A stretch of 64,000 nt of DNA from a virus (lineage: Duplodnaviria; Caudoviricetes). Below, piece by piece: positions 56,507 through 64,000 of this stretch. The stretch covers positions 13,301 to 77,300 of IMG/VR virus record IMGVR_UViG_2775506835_000007; one strand, written 5' to 3'. Both the position numbers and the translations under genes were made by a program. The notes below the pieces were generated by a model. That model worked only from the letters and a program-made list of their open reading frames with translations, was not told where the DNA came from and did no database searches. Numbering within the stretch: position 1 is the first letter of the stretch; every line of letters begins with the position of its first letter.

Positions 56507-56798
56507 TTTTCCCCGGCCTCCCTTCGTGCCGTTTTCTGCTGCTGCGGATTTTGTTTGCGATTTCTGCGCCGTGCCCGTTTATCCTTCTTTCTTCCGCACG
56601 GGCATTATACGCTTTTACTCGCTTGCAGCTTTTACGCCATGCACCGTTGCAAGAGGTGTGGGCACGGCAGGTGATGCAGATGTCCGGCGGCGGATCGTGA
56701 TTGACTTTCTTTTCGCTGTGCGCTATATTTGGTTTGGCAATATTTCCTTCGCCGCTGTCAGAGGTCGCAACTCTGGCGGCGGCTTTTTTGCTATGCAT
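56487..56798 (-). CDS. Hypothetical early protein
   Basis: SD and operon packing; Cys cluster. Confidence 0.55.
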   Translation of the reverse strand: MHSKKAAARVATSDSGEGNIAKPNIAHSEKKVNHDPPPDICITCRAHTSCNGAWRKSCKRVKAYNARAEERRINGHGAEIANKIRSSRKRHEGRPGKNGYIPY

Positions 56799-57926
56799 CT
56801 ATATCTCCCCCTTTTTTCTCTTCCTATTGGCAGCCTTTCGTTCTCGCAAAGTCAAATCCGTTTCTAACGATTCTGGTGTCCAACGTACCCCTATGTAATC
56901 CAGCACCTTGCCCCATCCATATACTTCATCAGTAACTGGATCCTTCACACATCGGTACATCCAAAAATCCCATTCTTTCGGATTGTCTTCGTAGAGTCGG
57001 TCGAACCTATGGGGTCTCTTTTCGAGCTGGATCCCAAAACCGCACATGGAACAGCCTGTCCTCTGTGCTCTTGTTGTGTAAAGAGTGCCATCCGCTTGGC
57101 GTTCTATGGTGCCGTATATCTCCGGAACAGGTACTTCCAGGTCAAGGGCAAGCTGCAACAAGTCTTGACGGTCAAATATTGCAAATGGCGCCGACCGTAT
57201 CGCTGTCTTTCCAAAGTAGTTGCATCCATTCATCATAAGCGACTTTTGGCGACGGCCTCCTTCGGACGCCATGAGACCCAGATACGGTACACTGTTGTGT
57301 TCTTTCGCCCAGTCGTCACACGGCTTCTCTTTGAGGTAATAACAACACTTGGCGGATACTTTAAACGGAGCACATTGATATTGCACATCTTCCCGTTCAT
57401 TTTCACCACCTGCAAACAGCTCCAGCCATTTCTGAGCCATCTTCATCCGTGTACCTGTCCGATTCCCACCATACTCTCCGGTTTCTCCTGTGATGATCGC
57501 ATGCCGAACTGTGGCATTCTTCGGAGATGGATTCTGTAGCAGCTCGATCTTCGATGCCGTTTCTTTGGACAGTACAGGGAACCCGCATTCCTGCAAAACT
57601 TGTGTTTTGCTCTTTAATGGTTTCAGCGAGATGACTCCCAATGCTTTATGTATGGCCTGAATACTCTTATCTTCCAGGGTCGATACCGAAACCGCTGGAA
57701 CATCTATTCCAATGGATCGCAAAAACAACAGTAGCGTAATGCTGTCCAGACCGCCTACGGATACATGACAGTTCAGTCCTCGCTTACCACACTCGTTATA
57801 GAACTCCCATGCGCGAGTGTATGCATAGTTTATCTTTGCTTCATACGGTAGTTTCTGTTTTACCCGAAACGACGCAATTTTCTCATCCGTGTGATTCTCC
57901 TTCATTCTCTCCATACAGCTTTTCAT
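56799..57926 (-). CDS. PAPS reductase-like (PP-loop, Fe-S) protein
   Basis: Near-identical to 16365-17480. Confidence 0.85.
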   Translation of the reverse strand: MKSCMERMKENHTDEKIASFRVKQKLPYEAKINYAYTRAWEFYNECGKRGLNCHVSVGGLDSITLLLFLRSIGIDVPAVSVSTLEDKSIQAIHKALGVISLKPLKSKTQVLQECGFPVLSKETASKIELLQNPSPKNATVRHAIITGETGEYGGNRTGTRMKMAQKWLELFAGGENEREDVQYQCAPFKVSAKCCYYLKEKPCDDWAKEHNSVPYLGLMASEGGRRQKSLMMNGCNYFGKTAIRSAPFAIFDRQDLLQLALDLEVPVPEIYGTIERQADGTLYTTRAQRTGCSMCGFGIQLEKRPHRFDRLYEDNPKEWDFWMYRCVKDPVTDEVYGWGKVLDYIGVRWTPESLETDLTLRERKAANRKRKKGEI

Positions 57927-57959
57927 TTTTGTTTCTTCTCAACCTCCGTTTTGTGATTT

Positions 57960-58142
57960 TTACTCACGCATCAACCCGCCGATCCCCATGGCCAGGCTCT
58001 CGATCGTGCCGAGCGCCCACACCTGCCAGATGGTCAGCATGCCGCTGTCCGACGCCATCGCTGTGAGGAATCCACCAACCAGGCCGACGACAAACAGGAT
58101 CACACCCAGTCGGCTGTGCTTTATGTAAGGTTGATCATTCAT
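57960..58142 (-). CDS. Small two-TM membrane protein
   Basis: Homolog of 17477-17698. Confidence 0.7.
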   Translation of the reverse strand: MNDQPYIKHSRLGVILFVVGLVGGFLTAMASDSGMLTIWQVWALGTIESLAMGIGGLMRE

Positions 58143-58389
58143 TTTGTTCGCCTCCCAGCAGCCAATCAACCGATACACCAAGGACTTCCGCAAAGGCTTT
58201 CAGCTCAAAGTCCATAACGTACCGGTTCTGGCCTTCGATTTTGGACAGGCCGGAGGCGTTCATTTCAATTCCCTTTACTTGGATCTGGGCCAAAAGGTCT
58301 TTTTGCTTCATGTCCAGTCTTTCGCGGGCCAGCGTGATGCGTGCTCCGGTGCAATTCCGGTTTCCCATCGGTTTTTCTCTCCGTCTCAT
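58135..58389 (-). CDS. XRE-family HTH regulator
   Basis: GNRNCTGARI...SGLSKIEGQNRYVMDFEL. Confidence 0.85.
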   Translation of the reverse strand: MRRREKPMGNRNCTGARITLARERLDMKQKDLLAQIQVKGIEMNASGLSKIEGQNRYVMDFELKAFAEVLGVSVDWLLGGEQNE

Positions 58390-58438
58390 TTGTTTACCTT
58401 CTTTCGTTTTTTTAATGTCAGTTTTATATAGATGTGTT

Positions 58439-58723
58439 TTACCTACGACATGCGTCCTCGTACACCTTTGCGTGCAGGTCGAGCATCCCGGTGATAAAGG
58501 CACCGGTCACACGACTCATTTCGGTCTGCCCCTGCCATGCGGCGACCTCCGCAGGTGTCAACTTGTGCGCCGTCAAGGACGAGACGCCGCACCATGCATC
58601 GCTCGGGCGGATGCCATACTCCCGGCAGTAGAGGCGCTTCGCCTGCCCGCCGGATGTGGCCCAGACGTGGAGCTTCCGATCGCTATAGCTCGTCACGAGA
58701 TACAGATTTTCCGTTCTTTCCAT
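58439..58723 (-). CDS. Hypothetical early protein
   Basis: SD plus ATG, 94 aa. Confidence 0.65.
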   Translation of the reverse strand: MERTENLYLVTSYSDRKLHVWATSGGQAKRLYCREYGIRPSDAWCGVSSLTAHKLTPAEVAAWQGQTEMSRVTGAFITGMLDLHAKVYEDACRR

Positions 58724-58748
58724 TTCCTCACCTTCTTTTGGCGTTTCC

Positions 58749-59288
58749 TTAATCGATTGACACGGCGACCGGATCGTAGATGCGCATGCGCCGTCTCAAC
58801 TCTCCGCCGTCAAGGTCTCCGTCTTTGGTGTGGTCAAAGCTGTCGATGGTGACCGCGATATATGCGCGGCACTCTGCGACCAGGTGCGGAGGGAGAGTTC
58901 CAACAACCACACGCCCGCGAATATCTTCCGGGGACACATTTCCGGTTAACACGGATGCCGAGGGATAGCAATCCCTTAACACCTTGATCGTGCCAGGATG
59001 CCGGGATACAATCAAGTTTACGGTCGCATCAGGCACACGGGATGCAGACACATGATTGACAGCCAGATCAGCATTAGCAATGTCGGCGGCGGTTGTGTAC
59101 TGTGCTCCGCGCGGAAAGACCGGAGCGTAGTAGTCGCTTACGCCCATATTGATCATCGCTGATGGAGACAACGTAGATACCACGATTTCCGGTCCACCCG
59201 GATTAGACAGAGCGGCGAACGATACGATTGCGCCGAATCCGTAAGCAACGATATGGTTTGTTTTCGCAATTTCATTAAGTTTTTTCAT
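58749..59288 (-). CDS. Csx16-like (CARF-related ring nuclease) domain protein
   Basis: LIVSRHPGT...VSPEDIRG.VVVGTLPPHLVAEC...GDL matches the remembered Csx16/Cas_VVA1548 pattern. Confidence 0.75.
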   Translation of the reverse strand: MKKLNEIAKTNHIVAYGFGAIVSFAALSNPGGPEIVVSTLSPSAMINMGVSDYYAPVFPRGAQYTTAADIANADLAVNHVSASRVPDATVNLIVSRHPGTIKVLRDCYPSASVLTGNVSPEDIRGRVVVGTLPPHLVAECRAYIAVTIDSFDHTKDGDLDGGELRRRMRIYDPVAVSID

Positions 59289-59524
59289 TTTTTGTTCCCT
59301 CTTTTCAATTTTTTCAATTTTTTTACGGTCATTCCGCTGACCATTTCAATGGTATCTTTGTACCCCTGCTGATACCATTTACAATTGGGCATGTAATCCG
59401 CCCCTCCCGTATATCCGGAGTGAAGTCCGAAAAGGGCATTGTTGACGCCCATCAGATAATTGTAATTGTCTTCGTCCGTGTTGGGCCTCACCAGGTTTTC
59501 CATGACTCTTTTCCAAGTGTCCAT
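59285..59524 (-). CDS. Hypothetical early protein
   Basis: Coupled to the Csx16-like gene; WYQQGYKD. Confidence 0.6.
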   Translation of the reverse strand: MDTWKRVMENLVRPNTDEDNYNYLMGVNNALFGLHSGYTGGADYMPNCKWYQQGYKDTIEMVSGMTVKKLKKLKRGNKK

Positions 59525-59538
59525 TTTTTCACTTCCTC

Positions 59539-59718
59539 TCAATTTTTAGAATTATCTGTCTGCCCTGCCGCCCTTCTTTTTTTGATGCTGTCTATGTATC
59601 CGGCAGGGTCGCCGTTGGTCAAAAAGCTTATTGCAGTACGGACGATCCCGTCTATGTCTACCGGCTGGTTGTCCCTGATGATCTTTACCGCGCGCCCGTT
59701 GCATTCCATGATTTTCAC
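59539..59718 (-). CDS. Small hypothetical protein
   Basis: GAGAGG SD; (VKI)MECNGRAVKIIRDNQPVDIDGIVR... Confidence 0.5.
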   Translation of the reverse strand: MKIMECNGRAVKIIRDNQPVDIDGIVRTAISFLTNGDPAGYIDSIKKRRAAGQTDNSKN

Positions 59719-59820
59719 TTCCTCTCTTTGCTATGATGCGTATTTTTCTATTTTGTTGAATTTTGTCATTGTAAGAAAATTTATATGATGGTAAAATATA
59801 AACGAATTGGAGGGAAAATA

Positions 59821-60735
59821 ATGTCTACCACAAACAGAGAATTTAAAGGTAAAAGTTTGCTACAGTGTGTCGATAGCTATGTTGTTGTTGATATAGAAAC
59901 TACGGGCCTAGACCCAAAATATGACGAAATCATCGAAATTGGCGCAATAAGAATAAAGAACCAAACTCCAATTTCAAGTTTTAATTCGTTAGTGCGTCCG
60001 TATTTCCCGATTAGTGACTTCATAACGACCTTGACAGGCATTACGAATGAAATGCTATCTTCTGCTCCTTCTTTCGAGGACGTTGCACCTTCGTTTTTAA
60101 GTTTTGTTGAAGATTCTATTATCGTTGGGCACAATGTCAATTTTGATATTAATTTTCTTTATGATTGTTGTATGCGTGATATAGGTGTTCTATTGGATAA
60201 TAATTTCATTGATACGTTGAGGCTGTCTCGCAGGATTATTCCGGGACTTCCAAACTACAAATTAGATACTCTTGCAAACGCCTTTGATTTGACTGTTTCG
60301 ACCAAGCATCGCGCGTTGGCAGATTGTGATACAACTCACCGGTGCTACGAACATTTAAAACAATATGTACATAAAAACCACATTGATTTAGAGGTGCTGT
60401 GTTTAGGCTTTTCCCGGACAAAAGCGAGAGAGATTAATACCTGTAAAATATATTTTGACGAGTCTCATATTCTGTATCAAAAGGTCTGTGTTTTTACAGG
60501 AGCGCTTGATCGGTTTACACGAAAAGAAGCAATGCAGGCAGTTGTGGATGCAGGCGGGATTTGCGGCGACTCTATAAATAGGCATACCAATTTTCTGGTT
60601 GTAGGAAATTTAAGTTATTGCAAAAGTATTCACGACGGCAAAAGTGGCAAGATGAAAAAAGCAGAAGAATACATATTGAAGGGGTATGATTTGCAAATCA
60701 TATCAGAATCCGTATTTTATGACATGTTGGGGTGA
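59821..60735 (+). CDS. DEDDh 3'-5' exonuclease (DnaQ-like) with C-terminal BRCT domain
   Basis: VVDIETTGL, GHNVNFD, HRALAD; VCVFTGAL...TNFLVVG...ISESVF. Confidence 0.9.
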   Translation: MSTTNREFKGKSLLQCVDSYVVVDIETTGLDPKYDEIIEIGAIRIKNQTPISSFNSLVRPYFPISDFITTLTGITNEMLSSAPSFEDVAPSFLSFVEDSIIVGHNVNFDINFLYDCCMRDIGVLLDNNFIDTLRLSRRIIPGLPNYKLDTLANAFDLTVSTKHRALADCDTTHRCYEHLKQYVHKNHIDLEVLCLGFSRTKAREINTCKIYFDESHILYQKVCVFTGALDRFTRKEAMQAVVDAGGICGDSINRHTNFLVVGNLSYCKSIHDGKSGKMKKAEEYILKGYDLQIISESVFYDMLG

Positions 60736-61256
60736 TTGAAATGTATGACTATGATTTTGTTCAAAGGCTAAACGATATAATGTCAGATGATTTAAACCAA
60801 ACATGCAGATTTGAATTATGCGAAAACGTTGGCGCTGAAAATAGTATTTTAATCCACGTCGAACCATCGGCTTTTCGTTCTTCGACGACTAAAAACATTC
60901 TTTACGCGAGAATAAAATCTAATGGTAATTTTAAATATGTGAGTTTCCCTTCCAAATTCAAAAATCTGTTTGAAAACGAGGGTGTAAAAGTCACACAAAT
61001 TAAATCGCAATTGGATTTTTGTCGTATAAATCTTGATGAACTATCCGAAAAACTAACGATGCTTTATCCAATTTTGAAAAAAATATTTACTGCTTCTTTT
61101 TGCTTTTCGGATTTTGGATGCTGTAGCAAATGTGTGGATTGTAGTGATCAAATGAAATGTATCCATCCGGATTTAATCTACGCCACGGCATGTCAATATC
61201 GTAAAAACCTAGAAAATGGACGTGTTTTTTATGGACACAATAGAAATATCGATTGA
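60732..61256 (+). CDS. Hypothetical partner with Cys-rich C-terminus
   Basis: FGCCSKCVDCSD..KCIHP...ACQYRKNLE.GRVFYG; overlapping start/stop. Confidence 0.75.
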   Translation: MIEMYDYDFVQRLNDIMSDDLNQTCRFELCENVGAENSILIHVEPSAFRSSTTKNILYARIKSNGNFKYVSFPSKFKNLFENEGVKVTQIKSQLDFCRINLDELSEKLTMLYPILKKIFTASFCFSDFGCCSKCVDCSDQMKCIHPDLIYATACQYRKNLENGRVFYGHNRNID

Positions 61257-61260
61257 TCTC

Positions 61261-61287
61261 GCCGCCCCCTTACAGGGGCGGCTTTTT
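61261..61287 (+). terminator. Intrinsic terminator between moron and cro
   Basis: GCCGCCCCC-TTAC-AGGGGCGGC-TTTTT. Confidence 0.75.
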
Positions 61288-61502
61288 CATGCGGGTTTTT
61301 GGAATGTATCCTGATTAAATAAATACGTCCAAGAATATTCTGGGAGCAGATCGAAGCAGGTTGCCCAAACTTCCGGTAACGTAAACGGAGTTTGACCACT
61401 TAACTTGTTTTGTACGGTTTTCTCTGTAACCCCCAGAACCGCTGCATATGCTTTCATGGAGATTTTTTTGTTTTCAAGTGCGTTTCTTAAATTATCAAAC
61501 AC
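61287..61502 (-). CDS. Cro-like HTH regulator (P2)
   Basis: FDNLRNAL...LGVTEKTVQNKLSG.TPFT...YLF. Confidence 0.85.
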   Translation of the reverse strand: MFDNLRNALENKKISMKAYAAVLGVTEKTVQNKLSGQTPFTLPEVWATCFDLLPEYSWTYLFNQDTFQKPA

Positions 61503-61523
61503 TTTGTGTCCCTCTCTTTCGAA

Positions 61524-61641
61524 TTACGATGCATCGTATCTGTTGTTAATATTATATACGATGCATTGTAATAAGTCAATACTATTTTTACAATGCATCG
61601 TAATTATTTTCTTGACTTGTAGCCGATATAACGTTACAATG
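61524..61641. promoter_or_regulatory. cro/CI switch with three palindromic operators
   Basis: TACRATGCATYGTA at about 61525, 61557 and 61589; divergent TTGACT promoters. Confidence 0.82.
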
Positions 61642-61670
61642 TAATAGAGCTTATGAAAGGATTTGATAAA

Positions 61671-62201
61671 ATGAATTTTTTAGAAAAACTAGATAATCTA
61701 ATTGCAGAAAAAGGAATAAACAAAAGCGTACTGTCAAAAGAAAGCGGTATTCCATATACAACAATTGACGCATTTTATAAAAAGGGATACCAAAATGCAA
61801 AATTACCTACGATTCAAAAGTTGTGCGAATATTTTGATGTTACTTTAGATTATCTAGTGCGTGATGACGTTAATGATTATCATTATGGTAAACAGGAAAA
61901 ATACGATCCGAATTATATTAAACAAAATAGAGCCTATTCAATTGACATAAATGATGAAATAGGTAAAAAAAAATCCCCCGCCCCTGAAGAGCCAGAGGCG
62001 GAGGACGAAGGCCGGGATGAACTCGGTATCCCGCGGCAGGCGTATGACCTATTTTATCGATTTTTGGTTGAGCGCGGATATGTACTCAAAGGCGATGATG
62101 TTACCGCTGTCCAGGCTGACTTTTTCGCCGGGCTTGTCCAGATGGTCAACGCGGCTTTCCCTGCCCGACCGGTACAGGTCCAAAAAGACAAGGCTGTCTG
62201 A
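61671..62201 (+). CDS. CI-like repressor (P2), no S24 peptidase domain
   Basis: LSKESGIPYTTI...KLCEYFDVTLDYL; C-terminus homologous to P1 CI. Confidence 0.87.
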   Translation: MNFLEKLDNLIAEKGINKSVLSKESGIPYTTIDAFYKKGYQNAKLPTIQKLCEYFDVTLDYLVRDDVNDYHYGKQEKYDPNYIKQNRAYSIDINDEIGKKKSPAPEEPEAEDEGRDELGIPRQAYDLFYRFLVERGYVLKGDDVTAVQADFFAGLVQMVNAAFPARPVQVQKDKAV

Positions 62202-62279
62202 CTCTTTGTGCTGCTTTCTGCGCACGGCGTTTTGGATAATCCTTATAGAGCTTTCCGGGCAAATACAATTTTTATCCAT
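62049..62279 (-). CDS. Putative small antisense ORF overlapping CI 3' end (P2)
   Basis: GGGGAG SD plus ATG at 62279; mirrors P1. Confidence 0.35.
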   Translation of the reverse strand: MDKNCICPESSIRIIQNAVRRKQHKESDSLVFLDLYRSGRESRVDHLDKPGEKVSLDSGNIIAFEYISALNQKSIK

Positions 62280-62437
62280 TTTATACACTCCCCATTATTA
62301 TATAGTTGAGGGCTTATCCCCTCCCCCCCTCTATATAACACTGGGCCGTCGCATTTGACTTTTGTTCCATAATTTTGATTGGTATTTTTTAGAAATATAG
62401 TTTGATTGTACAAATAATAGAAAGTGAGGCGTTTTAA

Positions 62438-64000
<1,563 letters not shown>

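Noticed and set aside
16365-57926. Duplicated 1.1-kb gene as a DGR template/variable repeat
   Set aside because: Differences involve all bases, mostly at third codon positions, not adenine-specific; no reverse transcriptase in the window.

Overview
The window holds two complete-looking temperate myovirus-type prophages of a Clostridia-like (Bacillota) host, stacked in tandem at the 3' end of an initiator tRNA-Met gene whose 3' half is at the far right (63957-64000, minus strand). Prophage 1 (P1, 1-22173, left end outside the window) has an SPP1/PBSX-type head, with a MuF protein carrying a colicin D-like toxin plus immunity gene, and HicAB and three Arc/RHH regulators. Prophage 2 (P2, 22174-63968, about 41.8 kb) has an HK97/cos-type head, a PBSX-like contractile tail, lysis genes, an Ig/SGNH/LRR cassette and several accessory genes. 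Both use large serine integrases whose genes run across the att site. They share a syntenic early operon (PAPS-reductase-like protein, Cys-rich proteins, HUH Rep, RecU) in place of a DnaC/helicase replisome. Most notable: a phage-borne Csx16-like ring-nuclease candidate (possible type III anti-CRISPR); integration-dependent replacement of the integrase C-terminus; a covarying antisense hairpin and candidate origin upstream of both HUH Reps; a stand-alone class III RNR glycyl-radical peptide; a mini anti-sigma; and antisense ORFs across both CI genes. All family calls are by-eye motif recognition, not database searches.
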